This document shows positions 48,227 to 58,901 of a stretch of DNA of 64,000 nucleotides, in pieces. The translations under genes were made by a program, and so were the position numbers. The stretch's first letter is position 1. Each line of letters starts with the position of its first letter. The notes under the pieces were generated by a model that was not told the DNA's origin, ran no database searches, and was given only the letters and a program-made list of their open reading frames with translations. Source of the stretch: Gemmatimonadaceae bacterium (GTDB lineage: Bacteria; Gemmatimonadota; Gemmatimonadetes; Gemmatimonadales; Gemmatimonadaceae); the NCBI GenBank assembly GCA_044224875.1, contig JBGAJQ010000015.1, forward strand, positions 1 through 64,000. Reading direction: 5' to 3'.

Positions 48227-49392
48227 TCCGCCTGTTCCTGGTACTCGCTGTCCTGTGCCTCAACACCACGAGCGGCGCGCAGGATACTTCGCGCGCGGCC
48301 AAGGCGGCCAAGGGCGCGAAGGCCCCGAAGGGAGAGAAAGGAGCGAAACGCGACACCACCACTGGCGAGCCGAAACAGAAGTCGATTCCGACGGAAGAGC
48401 AGATAGCAGCTCGACGGCGTGAGGCCGAGGCACTTCCACTGTTCGCGTCCACCGAGGTGCTGCCGTTCACGCTGATCGCCAACTTCAAGGCGTTGTCCAA
48501 GGATCGCGACACGCTTTCCACCAAGCGCTTCCCCGCGAAGCTGATTGTGGCTGGCGGCAATGCCACCAATGATACGCTCGACGTCAACCTGCGCACGCGC
48601 GGGCACTACCGCTTGGCCAAGTGCACGTTCGCGCCCCTGCGCGTGGAGTTTCCCAAGAAGAGTGCCAAGGCTACTCCCTTCGAGGGCCAGAAGGCGTTGA
48701 AGCTGGGGACGCATTGCGCCGACAACGATCTTATGGAGCAGTACGTGCTCCGCGAGTACCTGGCTTATCGCGTGCATGCCTTGGTGTCGCCCCTCGCCTT
48801 TCGCGTGCGCTTGGCCAAGGCCACCTATGTAGACTCGGCATCCGGGAAGGTGGTCGACTCGCGTTACGCGATGTTTGTGGAAAACGAGGATCACATGGCG
48901 GCGCGCGCCTCGAGTTTCATCCAGGAGGCGCGCGGCGCGTCATTCGAGGACGTGGATCAGGATGCGCTCCTGACACTGACGCTGTTCGAGTACATGATCG
49001 GCAACACGGACTTTTCGATATACGCGCTGCACAACGTTCGATTGATCCAGTCGCTCGGCGGGACGGTTCGCCCGGTGCCGTACGACTTCGACTTCTCGGG
49101 ACTCGTCGCCACCCGGTACAGCATGCCGGACCCCAAGCTCCCCATCAAGTCCGTTCGCGAGCGTCTCTACCGTGGACCCTGCAAGACCGTCGAGGAGTGG
49201 GCGCCCACGATCGCGCGTTTCCGCGCCTCTCGCGATCAGGTGATGTCCCTGTATCCGAGCGTCCCGGGACTCGACAAGAGCTACCAGCGGGATGCGCAGG
49301 ACTACCTGCAACAGTTCTACCAGTTCCTCGATCGTCCGCGCGACCTCCGCGCAGAGTTGGTGGAGAACTGCAATCGCAAGTCAGCCGTCTAA
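48223..49392 (+). CDS. secreted atypical kinase-fold (CotH-like) protein
   Basis: Signal peptide; RTRGHYR..C.F.PL, KLGTHC, EYLAYR, FEYMIGNTDFS, HN, PYDFDFSG; GTGA overlap with DUF4956. Confidence 0.65.
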   Translation: MIRLFLVLAVLCLNTTSGAQDTSRAAKAAKGAKAPKGEKGAKRDTTTGEPKQKSIPTEEQIAARRREAEALPLFASTEVLPFTLIANFKALSKDRDTLSTKRFPAKLIVAGGNATNDTLDVNLRTRGHYRLAKCTFAPLRVEFPKKSAKATPFEGQKALKLGTHCADNDLMEQYVLREYLAYRVHALVSPLAFRVRLAKATYVDSASGKVVDSRYAMFVENEDHMAARASSFIQEARGASFEDVDQDALLTLTLFEYMIGNTDFSIYALHNVRLIQSLGGTVRPVPYDFDFSGLVATRYSMPDPKLPIKSVRERLYRGPCKTVEEWAPTIARFRASRDQVMSLYPSVPGLDKSYQRDAQDYLQQFYQFLDRPRDLRAELVENCNRKSAV

Positions 49393-49395
49393 GCC

Positions 49396-50652
49396 CTACG
49401 ACGTTGGCGTCGACTTCGGCCGCTCGCGGCCAAGCACGGAGGCGACTGCCATGTCGCCGGTCACGTTGGTCGCGGTGCGAAACATGTCGGGGATGGTGTC
49501 GACGCCCAACAGAATGCCCAGGCCTGCGACGTCGATGTGCGCGGCCATGAGCACCGGCGCCATGATGACGATGGAACCGGCAGGGATGCCGGGCACGCTG
49601 AAGGTCGCGACCACGACGGTGAGCACGATGGTCGCCAGGTCGGTGGCGCCTAACGGAACCCCGTATAGATGCGCAAGAAACACGACGCCGATCACTTGAC
49701 CGACCGCTCCTCCCACCCGATAGGTCGAAGCCGCCAGCGGCAACAGGAACGACACCACCTCCTCGCGCAGGCCGAGTCGCGTGCGGGCGCTCTCCATCAT
49801 GGCGGGGAGTGCGGCCAGTGAGCTTCGGGCGCTGAGCGCCACGGCTTGCGGTGGCAAGGCCGCGCGCGCAAAGACGCTCAAGGGCAGGCGGCCGCCGACG
49901 GCGGCGAGCGGGTAGAGCACCAGGACGGCGAAGAGGACCGAGAGCGCCATCACCAGCAGGATGTAGTAGGCGACGGCACCAGCGGCGGACACGCCCATGC
50001 GCGCGGCGAGCGGCAAGGCGAGCGCAAAAACGCCGATTGGGGCTGTGTGGAGAATCCAGCGAACCAACGTCAGCGACGCTTGGGCTATGCCGTCAAAGGT
50101 GCGAACGAGTGGCTCTCGGCGGTCCGCGCTCAGGCGCCCGATCGCCAGGCCAAACACCAGCGAAAAGACGATGAGCGGAAGCATCGCTCCATCCGCTGCG
50201 GCCTTCACGGGATTCACCGGAACCAGGTCCACCAGCCATTGCGAGAAGGTCGGGATCTTCCGGGCCGTCTCGACCGCGGTGCTTGCCGCGGCGGCCGCTC
50301 CAGAGGTGAAGGTCGAGCGCGCTGCCTCACTGATGGGGTACAGCTGCATCAGTGGTGGTGTGACGAGGGCGGCGTACGTGGCCCCAAGCACGAGCGTGAT
50401 GACGAACAGCCCCAACGCCCTCGCCCCCAACCGACCGATGACGCGTGGATCGGGCGCCGAGGCCACCCCGGTGACCAGCGACCCGACGACCAACGGCACC
50501 ACGGTCATGCGAATAGCGTTGATGAATATGGTTCCCACCGGCTCTATGCCGGTGGCTAAGGCCACCAGGCGTTCAGAACCGGAGGCCGACGCCACGACGC
50601 CCAGCGCCATGCCGGCGATCAACGCGATGAGTACCTTGGTCGTCAGGGACAC
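49396..50652 (-). CDS. dicarboxylate/amino acid:cation symporter (DAACS)
   Basis: FINAIRMTVVPLV, NPVKAAA, ARSSLAALP, SVPGIP, DMFRTATNVTGD. Confidence 0.9.
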   Translation of the reverse strand: MSLTTKVLIALIAGMALGVVASASGSERLVALATGIEPVGTIFINAIRMTVVPLVVGSLVTGVASAPDPRVIGRLGARALGLFVITLVLGATYAALVTPPLMQLYPISEAARSTFTSGAAAAASTAVETARKIPTFSQWLVDLVPVNPVKAAADGAMLPLIVFSLVFGLAIGRLSADRREPLVRTFDGIAQASLTLVRWILHTAPIGVFALALPLAARMGVSAAGAVAYYILLVMALSVLFAVLVLYPLAAVGGRLPLSVFARAALPPQAVALSARSSLAALPAMMESARTRLGLREEVVSFLLPLAASTYRVGGAVGQVIGVVFLAHLYGVPLGATDLATIVLTVVVATFSVPGIPAGSIVIMAPVLMAAHIDVAGLGILLGVDTIPDMFRTATNVTGDMAVASVLGRERPKSTPTS

Positions 50653-50753
50653 GTGCCGAAGGTACCGCGCGTCGTCGTGACACGCGAGACGCGTGAATTG
50701 CGCGCTGGTGGGTGCGTCGCCAGCTTTCCTCGTCCCTTCACCCGTCGATCGAC

Positions 50754-51110
50754 ATGCCGCACAAGACGTACGCTGACCTCGTCGCCGAAGCAAAGCGCAC
50801 GATCGCTGAAGTCACCCCACAGGAGACGATGCAATTGCGCGGCGACCCCAGGACCGTGATCGTCGACTGCCGGGAGCCTAACGAATTCAACCTCGGCGCG
50901 ATCCCCGGGGCATACCTGATTCCGCGTGGCCTCATCGAGCAGAACATCGAAGGGGCGGCAACCCGCGACCGCAAGGTCATCCTCTACTGTGCCAGTGGCA
51001 ACCGATCGGCGCTGGCCGCGGTGACGTTGCGATCCATGGGGTACGAGGACGTTGCGTCCATGAGCTCTGGGTTTCGCGGCTGGGTGGAAGCTGGCGGTGA
51101 GGTCGACTGA
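50754..51110 (+). CDS. rhodanese-like domain protein
   Basis: IVDCREPNEF..GAIPGA, LYCASGNRSA. Confidence 0.9.
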   Translation: MPHKTYADLVAEAKRTIAEVTPQETMQLRGDPRTVIVDCREPNEFNLGAIPGAYLIPRGLIEQNIEGAATRDRKVILYCASGNRSALAAVTLRSMGYEDVASMSSGFRGWVEAGGEVD

Positions 51111-51130
51111 CAACGTCATGGCGGGCCCCG

Positions 51131-51730
51131 GTGACTGAGCCGTCGACGGGTCACCCCCAACTCCAGCGCATTCGACGGGCGCTTGCCGACCGGCCTGGAC
51201 AGCTCATTGACGTCTCTGGCGCGCCGGCACGTGCCGCCGTCGCCCTCGTGTTTCGAGCTGCCGGAGATGACCTCGAAGTGTTGTTCATTCGCCGCGCCGA
51301 ACGCGTTGGCGATCCGTGGAGCGGACAGATGGCACTCCCGGGAGGACGCTTCGATGCCACCGATGCCGACCTGATGGAAACGGCGATTCGCGAAACGTGG
51401 GAGGAGACGGCCGTTGACCTCCGCACGCTCGGCGAAGTGCTAGGCACACTGGACGAGTTGCATCCGCGCACGCCCGTGCTGCCACCCATCGTGATCCGGC
51501 CGTACGTGTTTGCGCTGACGGGTCCGGCCTCCATTGCCCTGAGCGCCGAAGTCGCCGAAGTCTATTGGGTGCCTCTCCGCGTCCTACAGGATCCTGACGT
51601 CACACGCGAGAGCGTCGTCAGCCCGCGCGGCGAACCATGGCGCGTCCAGTCCTTCGTGGTGCACGACCAGGTTGTGTGGGGGCTGACGGAGCGCATCCTT
51701 CGCAACCTGCTGGCCATGATTGCCACATGA
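51131..51730 (+). CDS. CoA pyrophosphatase (NUDIX)
   Basis: DPWSGQMALPGGR...TAIRETWEET, VWGLT. Confidence 0.9.
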   Translation: MTEPSTGHPQLQRIRRALADRPGQLIDVSGAPARAAVALVFRAAGDDLEVLFIRRAERVGDPWSGQMALPGGRFDATDADLMETAIRETWEETAVDLRTLGEVLGTLDELHPRTPVLPPIVIRPYVFALTGPASIALSAEVAEVYWVPLRVLQDPDVTRESVVSPRGEPWRVQSFVVHDQVVWGLTERILRNLLAMIAT

Positions 51731-51939
51731 CCCGGGCACGGACGCCACGGCCGTGCTTCATTTGCGTTCCCTGGCCGTCTGCGGCCGAGCGACGCACCTG
51801 GCGGCGGGCATTTGCCGGTGAGGTCCGTGGTCACGAAAGCGGTAGCGAGTCCGTTGCACTCGAATTCCTCGCCGCGCGCAAGCCGCACAGGTACTCCGGT
51901 GCCTGCAGAGCGCGGATTCTCCCCTTCACCTGAACGCCC

Positions 51940-53502
51940 ATGCGACGCCACACCTGGAAGGTTCATGCCCTGATGTTCGTGCTGTTGTGCCTGCCGGTGG
52001 CGGGTGCAGTGGAGGGGCAATCGCGTGCCAAGGCGCGGCCGCCGGCGGCGCCAGACCTGTCCGCCTTCGATGCGTATGTCGCGCAGGGTGTGAAGGACTG
52101 GGGCATTCCAGGGCTCGCTGTCGCCATCGTCAAGGATGACTCCGTGGTGTTCGCCAAGGGCTACGGCGTACGACGACTGGGTGGAGCCGAACCAGTGAAC
52201 GAGCACACGTTGTTTGCCATCGGTTCCACCACCAAGGCCATGACGGCGGCATCCCTCGGGATGATGGTGGACGAGGGCAAGGTTCGCTGGGACGAGCCAG
52301 TCCTCACGTACCTCCCATCTTTGCAGCTGTACGATCCCGTGATGACGCGCGAACTGACCGTGCGCGACCTCCTCACGCACCACAGTGGCCTGCCGGGGAC
52401 GGACCTCTTGTGGGCCGGTGGCGATTTCTCGACGCAGGAGATCCTGCGCCGCATGCGATTCGTCAAACCGTTCACGTCCTTCCGGAACGGCTACTCGTAC
52501 ATGAACGTGCAGTATGCCATGGCGGGCGAAGTGCTCCGCGCGTCCAGTGGGACGCCATGGGGTGAATTCGTGTCGCAACGGATCTTCGCACCATTGGGCA
52601 TGCGCGAGACGGTGCCGTCGCTGGCCGCCACCACGTCGATGCCCAACGTCGCCACGCCGCACATGGTCATCCGCGACACGCTGCGCGTCATAGAGAACCG
52701 CCCGGTGGACCCCGTTGCGCCTGCCGGAGCGATCTGGTCGAGCGTGTCGGACATGGCCAAGTGGATGCGCTTTGTGCTCGATTCCGGCCGTGTGGGCGGC
52801 CGGCGCCTTCTCTCGGAGTCGACCTACCGCGAGTGGATGTCACCCCAGGTGATCGTGCCGCCCACGGACTTCTATCCCACCACACGGCTCACGCGGCCTC
52901 ATTACACCGCCTATGGCCTGGGATGGTTCCTCCAGGACTACCGCGGTCAGGCGGTGTCCATGCACACCGGCAGCATCGACGGCATGATTGCAATCCTCGG
53001 GTTGATCCCAGATCAACGGCTCGGCGTGTTCGTTCTTGCCAACCGCGATCACGCGGAACTGCGCCACGCCCTGATGTGGCGCGTGTTTGACCTGTACACC
53101 TCAGGGGCTGGGCGGGACTGGAGCCGGGACCTCAAGGCCCTCTACGACTCGCTGGCTGTGCGCGGGAAGGCCGCAGAAGAGGAGTTCAACGCCAGCCGCG
53201 TGGCCGGCACGCGCCCGTCCCTGCCGCTGGAGAAGTACGCGGGGACGTACGCGGACTCCTTGTTAGGCAGGGCCACGGTGGCATTGGAGAATGGCATGCT
53301 ACGCATCCGCGCCGGCAAGGGATTTCAAGGTCGACTCGAGCACTGGCACTACGACACATTCAAGGCCGTCTGGGACGACGAACGGTCAGGGACCAGTCTG
53401 GTGACATTCTCCGTGGATGCCACCGGTAGCGTGACCGAGGTGCGCGCCGACCTCGGGGGCACCATCGTATTCTCGCGCGTACCTGAGCCATCAAGCCGAT
53501 GA
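51940..53502 (+). CDS. serine hydrolase, beta-lactamase class C-like with DUF3471-like C-terminus
   Basis: Signal peptide; FAIGSTTK (SxxK), YMN, HTG; C-term YAGTY....LG. Confidence 0.9.
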   Translation: MRRHTWKVHALMFVLLCLPVAGAVEGQSRAKARPPAAPDLSAFDAYVAQGVKDWGIPGLAVAIVKDDSVVFAKGYGVRRLGGAEPVNEHTLFAIGSTTKAMTAASLGMMVDEGKVRWDEPVLTYLPSLQLYDPVMTRELTVRDLLTHHSGLPGTDLLWAGGDFSTQEILRRMRFVKPFTSFRNGYSYMNVQYAMAGEVLRASSGTPWGEFVSQRIFAPLGMRETVPSLAATTSMPNVATPHMVIRDTLRVIENRPVDPVAPAGAIWSSVSDMAKWMRFVLDSGRVGGRRLLSESTYREWMSPQVIVPPTDFYPTTRLTRPHYTAYGLGWFLQDYRGQAVSMHTGSIDGMIAILGLIPDQRLGVFVLANRDHAELRHALMWRVFDLYTSGAGRDWSRDLKALYDSLAVRGKAAEEEFNASRVAGTRPSLPLEKYAGTYADSLLGRATVALENGMLRIRAGKGFQGRLEHWHYDTFKAVWDDERSGTSLVTFSVDATGSVTEVRADLGGTIVFSRVPEPSSR

Positions 53503-54134
53503 CACGCCGTGTGCCGCGTGGGCAGTGGCAGATAGCGCTTGCCGCCCTGGCACCCGTCGCCATGCTGCGTGCTCAGGACGTGGAGCGGGGGGTGCCTTTC
53601 GATCGGACGCCGACCGCGACCGTTGCCTTCGCGGCGCCTAACGCCCGCCTGAGTGCACCGTTGTCGACTCCGACACCACGCATGGCGGTACGTGGTGCGG
53701 TCGCCGACACAACCCTTCGCGAGGCGGAAGCCGCGATCCGGGCCGCACGCGCCCGTTCGAACGCCGCCATTGCCCGGCACGATACGTCGGCCATCGCCGC
53801 CGAGTGGATGCCCGACGTGCATGGGGTGAGTTCGGCCGGGTTGCAGCTGAGCGGACGGGCCGAGAATGCACGCGCCCTGCAAGCCCAGTTCGTCGATCGC
53901 CCCGACGTGGTCTACGTCCGCACGCCCGATTCCCTGCAGGTCTACAGCCCGTGGGGCATGGCGGCTGAGTTCGGCCACTGGCAAGGCTCGTGGACGCTGG
54001 GTGACCGCAAGATCGAAATCGGCGGGCCCTACTTTGGCAAATGGCAGCGCGTCGATGGGCGCTGGCTGATCCAGGCCGAGGTCTTTGTTCCGGGCTGGTG
54101 TCGAGGCGGTCCGTTCTGCGAGAGGAAACCCTAG
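53499..54134 (+). CDS. secreted NTF2-like (DUF4440/SnoaL-like) protein
   Basis: SNAAIARHD, YVRTP, AAEFGHWQG, Y..KW...DGRWLIQAE. Confidence 0.75.
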   Translation: MTRRVPRGQWQIALAALAPVAMLRAQDVERGVPFDRTPTATVAFAAPNARLSAPLSTPTPRMAVRGAVADTTLREAEAAIRAARARSNAAIARHDTSAIAAEWMPDVHGVSSAGLQLSGRAENARALQAQFVDRPDVVYVRTPDSLQVYSPWGMAAEFGHWQGSWTLGDRKIEIGGPYFGKWQRVDGRWLIQAEVFVPGWCRGGPFCERKP

Positions 54135-54197
54135 TCGAGCGCTCGCTCGTTCGCGTCGCATGTCCCCGACCCTTGCGTGAGCGAAGCTGCATACTAA

Positions 54198-54217
54198 GAT
54201 TTAGTGGCACCTAAATC
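54198..54217. promoter_or_regulatory. putative MntR/DtxR-family operator upstream of mntH
   Basis: Perfect IR GATTTAG-N6-CTAAATC in an AT-rich patch overlapping a TAAGAT -10. Confidence 0.7.
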
Positions 54218-54276
54218 ATGTGTTACGCTCTGCAAAAGCCGCTCGTCGGGTTTCCAGAACGAGCCGCTCCCTGAAC

Positions 54277-55653
54277 ATGCCTCCCATCGCACAGGTCGAA
54301 CCAAAACCAACCGCGCCCCCCGGCGATCCCGATCCGGGATGGCGGCGCGCGCGGGTAACGCCAAGCCTCGCCGAGGTCTATCGAACGATTCCGGTGAGCA
54401 ACCTGAGCTGGTGGCGAAAGATCTTCGCGTTCGCCGGACCAGGCTATCTGGTCGCCGTCGGCTACATGGATCCCGGAAACTGGGCCACCGACCTCGCCGG
54501 CGGATCGAAGTTCGGCTACACGTTGCTGTCCGTGATCCTGATGTCCAACCTGATGGCGGTACTGCTTCAGGGGTTGGCCAGCAAGCTGGGCATCGTCACG
54601 GGACGCGACCTCGCGCAGGCGTGTCGCGATCACTACTCGCGACCGGTCTCCTTTGCGCTGTGGATCCTGTGCGAAATCGCCATCGCGGCGTGCGACCTGG
54701 CGGAGGTGATCGGGACGGCCATCGCCCTCGAATTGTTGTTTGGCATCCCCATCGCGTGGGGGGTCTGCATCACGGCCTTGGACGTGCTGGTGGTGCTCTA
54801 CCTCCAGAACAAGGGATTCCGGCTGCTGGAAGCCCTCGTGATCGCCCTGGTGGCAACGGTCGGCCTGTGCTTCCTGTTTGAGCTGGTGGTGTCCAAGCCC
54901 GACATCGGCGGTGTGCTGCGTGGGTTCGTGCCAAACCCGGAGATCGTCCGGAATCGCGAGATGCTCTACATCGCCATCGGCATCCTCGGCGCAACGGTGA
55001 TGCCGCACAATCTCTACCTGCACTCGTCCATCGTGCAGACGCGAAAGTACGACGAGTCGGCGGACGGCAAGCGCGAAGCCGTGCGATACGCGTTCATCGA
55101 TTCCACCATCGCGCTCTCGATCGCGCTGTTCATCAATGCGTCCATCCTCGTCGTGGCTGCCGCCACGTTCAACACCACGGGAAACACGTCGGTCGCCGAG
55201 ATTCAGGACGCCTACCAGCTCCTCACACCGTTGCTGGGGGTGAAGATCGCCAGCGGCGTGTTCGCCTTGGCGCTACTCGCCTCCGGGCAGAATTCCACGC
55301 TCACCGGGACGCTGGCGGGACAGATCGTCATGGAGGGATTCATCCACATCCGCCTGCGTCCGTGGGTGCGGCGATTGATCACCCGTGGCATTGCCATTGT
55401 GCCGGCCGCGATCGTTGCCATCTTGTACGGCGACAGTGGCACGGCCCAACTGCTGATCCTGAGTCAGGTAGTGCTGAGCTTGCAGTTGTCCTTTGCCGTT
55501 TTTCCCTTGGTCCATTTCACCTCTGACCGGTTGAAGATGGGGACGTTCGTGAATCCACGGTGGTTGAAGCTGCTGGCGTACAGCGTGGCGCTGGTGATTG
55601 CGTCGCTTAACGCCTGGCTGCTGATCCAGACGTTCCGGGGGTGGATGTCCTGA
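54277..55653 (+). CDS. mntH: Nramp family divalent metal (Mn2+) transporter
   Basis: [42 protein letters not shown]. Confidence 0.95.
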   Translation: MPPIAQVEPKPTAPPGDPDPGWRRARVTPSLAEVYRTIPVSNLSWWRKIFAFAGPGYLVAVGYMDPGNWATDLAGGSKFGYTLLSVILMSNLMAVLLQGLASKLGIVTGRDLAQACRDHYSRPVSFALWILCEIAIAACDLAEVIGTAIALELLFGIPIAWGVCITALDVLVVLYLQNKGFRLLEALVIALVATVGLCFLFELVVSKPDIGGVLRGFVPNPEIVRNREMLYIAIGILGATVMPHNLYLHSSIVQTRKYDESADGKREAVRYAFIDSTIALSIALFINASILVVAAATFNTTGNTSVAEIQDAYQLLTPLLGVKIASGVFALALLASGQNSTLTGTLAGQIVMEGFIHIRLRPWVRRLITRGIAIVPAAIVAILYGDSGTAQLLILSQVVLSLQLSFAVFPLVHFTSDRLKMGTFVNPRWLKLLAYSVALVIASLNAWLLIQTFRGWMS

Positions 55654-56102
55654 TGTACCAACGCATCCTGGTGCCGCTAGAGCACACCGGTACGGACGCG
55701 ACGATCGTGGAACATGTGCGGAACCTGGCCCGCTTTTCCGGCGCGTCGGTGATCCTCATGCACGTGGCCGACGGATGGGCGGCGAGGAACATTCGCCACC
55801 TGGACCTGCGCGAGTCCGAGGAAATGAAGGACGACCGCGCGTACCTGGAGCGCCTCGCTGCGGACTTCAACCGCGACGGTTTGAAGGCCGAAGCCCTGCT
55901 GGCCACCGGCGATCCGGCTGCGGAGATCGCACTGGCGGCGCAGCGCGAGCATTGCGACCTGATCGCCATGGCCACCCACGGCCACAAACTGATCGGGGAC
56001 GTTGTCTACGGAAGCGTGGCGAACACGGTCCGGCATACGAGCATGGTCCCAGTGCTGCTCGTGCGGTCGCCGGCCGACGTGCAAAAGCAGGCCGCACCAT
56101 GA
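55653..56102 (+). CDS. universal stress protein
   Basis: [30 protein letters not shown]...VPVLLV. Confidence 0.9.
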   Translation: MYQRILVPLEHTGTDATIVEHVRNLARFSGASVILMHVADGWAARNIRHLDLRESEEMKDDRAYLERLAADFNRDGLKAEALLATGDPAAEIALAAQREHCDLIAMATHGHKLIGDVVYGSVANTVRHTSMVPVLLVRSPADVQKQAAP

Positions 56103-56824
56103 CGCCCGTTCGCAAGACCGCCCGCAAGACGCCCCTGCGACCGCCGGTTCCGGCTCGTACGATGGAGCTGACGGAGCCGGTGGAGGACTATCTCAAGGCC
56201 ATTTACGACATCGGCCGGGAGGGTTCGGCCGCGGCAACCAACGACATCGCGCAGCGCCTGCAGATCGCGCCGGCGTCGGTGTCCGGCATGGTGCGGCGCC
56301 TCGCGGAGCAGGGCCTGCTGAACTACGAGAAGTACCGCGGTGTCCGCTTGACCGACGCTGGACGTCGCGCCGCCCTGCGCACCATCCGTCGGCACCGCGT
56401 GATCGCGGGTTACCTCGTCCGGGCGCTGGTATACTGCTGGTACTCGGTGCACGCGGCGGCCCAACGACTCGAGCACGCAGCGACGGACGACCTGATCGAC
56501 CGGATGGCGAAGGCCATCGGCGAACCGCGCACCGATCCGCATGGCGCGCCGATTCCCACACGCGACGGTCGTGTGGATGAAGGCCGGCACCGGCGGCTGT
56601 CGGATATGCAGCCTGGCCAGCGGGCGCGGATTACCCGGGTCGGCGATGAGGATCCGGAACTCCTCCGCTACATCGGCTCGTTAGGCCTGCGACCCGGTGT
56701 GGTCATGACGCTGGACGACCGCGCGCCCTTCGCTGGCCCGCTCACCCTCCGTGTCGGAACACGGGTTTGCCAGGTCGGCGTTGCCCTTGCCGAGCGCGTG
56801 TTTGTCGAGCTGATGGCCGACTAG
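56099..56824 (+). CDS. mntR: DtxR/MntR family metal-dependent repressor with FeoA-like domain
   Basis: VEDYLKAIY, ASVSGMVRRL, RRHR, RLEH, DPHGAPIP; downstream of mntH. Confidence 0.85.
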   Translation: MTPVRKTARKTPLRPPVPARTMELTEPVEDYLKAIYDIGREGSAAATNDIAQRLQIAPASVSGMVRRLAEQGLLNYEKYRGVRLTDAGRRAALRTIRRHRVIAGYLVRALVYCWYSVHAAAQRLEHAATDDLIDRMAKAIGEPRTDPHGAPIPTRDGRVDEGRHRRLSDMQPGQRARITRVGDEDPELLRYIGSLGLRPGVVMTLDDRAPFAGPLTLRVGTRVCQVGVALAERVFVELMAD

Positions 56825-56831
56825 CGGTTCG

Positions 56832-57182
56832 CTACTCCCGACTCCGGGCGGCCACAAAAGCCACGCCAGCTGCAACAACCAGCACCACGGCACCAATGAT
56901 CAACCATGGTGCCTGCTGCAGGGGGAGGCGCGTCCGTGGGTTCACGCCAAGCGCGACCAGACCGGCCACCGCCATCGCCGCGGCGACGAGCGCCACCAGG
57001 CGCACCACGGTGGGAGCGCTCAACCCCGGCGACAGGTGCTGCGTGGCGGCCGCTAGCGCGGTTTGAACATCGGCGTCGGACGTCTTGGGATGCTCACTCC
57101 GGTATCGCTTGACGGTCGCCACGACATGCTCGGCGAGATCGCGCGATGCCCGAGTGGAATGCTCGCTGTGCATCACGACCAT
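56832..57182 (-). CDS. small hypothetical membrane protein
   Basis: Two C-terminal hydrophobic segments; last gene of the SPFH operon. Confidence 0.6.
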   Translation of the reverse strand: MVVMHSEHSTRASRDLAEHVVATVKRYRSEHPKTSDADVQTALAAATQHLSPGLSAPTVVRLVALVAAAMAVAGLVALGVNPRTRLPLQQAPWLIIGAVVLVVAAGVAFVAARSRE

Positions 57183-57203
57183 GGGAGTCTCACGGGTTCG
57201 GGA

Positions 57204-57422
57204 TCAGGTCTGCTCATCGGGGGTGCTGCCCGGCATCGGACGGTCCGAAGGAGTCGCGTTAGGCTCTCGAGCGGCACGATCGCGCCCTCCCTCGCGGAGC
57301 GCGCGCCGCAACAGGAACTCGATCTGCCCGTTCAGGCTGCGCAGGTCGTCATTCGCCCAACGTTGGAGGGCATCGAGCAACTCGCGGTCGACACGCAGCA
57401 GGAAGGGTTTCCGCTCAGACAT
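57204..57422 (-). CDS. Arc/ribbon-helix-helix DNA-binding protein
   Basis: RKPFLLRVD..LLDALQRWANDDLRSLNGQIEFLLRRAL. Confidence 0.8.
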   Translation of the reverse strand: MSERKPFLLRVDRELLDALQRWANDDLRSLNGQIEFLLRRALREGGRDRAAREPNATPSDRPMPGSTPDEQT

Positions 57423-58008
57423 CGGTCTGCGCGCCCCCACGTGGTCGGCGTGCCGGAATCCAGCGATGCACCTGGCGGCAGTACGCGGCGTAGGACGGCC
57501 CAAACCGCCGCGTCAGCGCCGGCTCTTCATACAGCCGCACGAAGGCGTGAAACGCCGCGGCGAGGCCGATCGCATACCAGACGAGGTCGCGCGACAGGTA
57601 GTAGACGGCCCAGCCGATCACCATCAAGAGCACGCCGACGTACATGGGGTTGCGGACGTAGCGGTAGAGACCGCGCACCACCAGCCGAACTGGCGCGTCG
57701 ATTGGTGCCGGTGTTCCCCTGCCGAATGTCATGAAGTCCCACGCGCACCACAGGTACGTGGCCCCGCCGCAGAGCAGTGGGAGCGCTGCGGCAGCGCGCC
57801 ACACGAGGTCAGCTGGCCCAACACCGGTTCGTGCCGCCAGGTAGCGCGGTACGAACGTCCCAATCGTGGCGGGCGCCACGATCGTGAACAACGTGGTCTT
57901 GAGCAGGAGCCACAGAGTGGGCAGGGTATCGGCATTCGTCCGCGCGCGATGCGTCATGGGAGACGACGCGTGCCGCCCGAGGCCTGGCGGCACGCGTCCA
58001 CCACTCAC
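57415..58008 (-). CDS. isoprenylcysteine carboxylmethyltransferase/PEMT family membrane protein
   Basis: [38 protein letters not shown]. Confidence 0.88.
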   Translation of the reverse strand: MSGGRVPPGLGRHASSPMTHRARTNADTLPTLWLLLKTTLFTIVAPATIGTFVPRYLAARTGVGPADLVWRAAAALPLLCGGATYLWCAWDFMTFGRGTPAPIDAPVRLVVRGLYRYVRNPMYVGVLLMVIGWAVYYLSRDLVWYAIGLAAAFHAFVRLYEEPALTRRFGPSYAAYCRQVHRWIPARRPRGGAQTDV

Positions 58009-58874
58009 TGGTAGATGGTACCTGCGTTCACGACCGGGGTGGCGTCACGATCGGAGCAAAGCACGACCAACAAGTTGCTCACCATGGCTGCCTTGCGCTC
58101 CTCATCCAGCTGCACCAGGGAGCGTTCGGAAATCATGGACAGGGCCATCTCTACCATGCCCACAGCACCCTCGACGATCTTGGCGCGTGCCGCGATGATC
58201 GCTGCAGCCTGCTGGCGTCGCAACATGGCCGAGGCAATTTCCGGGGCATACGCGAGGTGCGCGATACGGGCCTCGATCACTTCCACACCGGCCTTGGCCA
58301 GTCGTTCGTGGATCGCCAGCTGCAAACCCTGGGCGATTTCTACTGGGTTGGTGCTCAATGCCACCTCCCCTTCCTTGTGCGAATCGTAGGGATACGTCTG
58401 TGCCAGAGACCGCACCGCGGACTCGCTCTGCATCTGGACGTACGCCGAGTAGTCGTCCACCTCGAACAAGGCCTCGGCGGTGTCCACCACCTTCCAGACG
58501 ACGATCGCACCGATCTCGATCGGGTTGGAATGCGAATCGTTCACCTTGAGCTTGGTCGTCTCGAAGTTGCGCACCCGAAGCGACACGCGACGCTTGGAGT
58601 AGAACGGATTCGCCCACCAAAGTCCGGGGTCGCGCACCGTTCCCACATACTTCCCGAAGAGCGTCAGGACCTTCGCATCGTTCGGGCTTACGGTGAACAG
58701 GCCGGCCAAGCCCAATGCCAGCAGCACCATGGCAACCAGCATAGAGACCGCCAGCACCGTCGATTGCACCTGCAGTCCGTGCACGAACCGCTCGCCAGCG
58801 AGGGCGAGCAGCACCAGCAAGACTACCAGCATCAGGAGGCCATTGGTGGCCGTGCGGCGAATTTCGCGGAACAT
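58005..58874 (-). CDS. SPFH domain membrane protein
   Basis: [13 protein letters not shown]...[32 protein letters not shown]. Confidence 0.92.
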   Translation of the reverse strand: MFREIRRTATNGLLMLVVLLVLLALAGERFVHGLQVQSTVLAVSMLVAMVLLALGLAGLFTVSPNDAKVLTLFGKYVGTVRDPGLWWANPFYSKRRVSLRVRNFETTKLKVNDSHSNPIEIGAIVVWKVVDTAEALFEVDDYSAYVQMQSESAVRSLAQTYPYDSHKEGEVALSTNPVEIAQGLQLAIHERLAKAGVEVIEARIAHLAYAPEIASAMLRRQQAAAIIAARAKIVEGAVGMVEMALSMISERSLVQLDEERKAAMVSNLLVVLCSDRDATPVVNAGTIYQ

Positions 58875-58901
58875 GGATCAGCTCCGAATAGTCGAGTGAG
58901 G

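Noticed and set aside
48290..48350. AAKAAKGAKAPKGEKGAK low-complexity repeat
   Set aside because: Short Lys/Ala linker after a signal peptide; not a collagen domain or DNA repeat element
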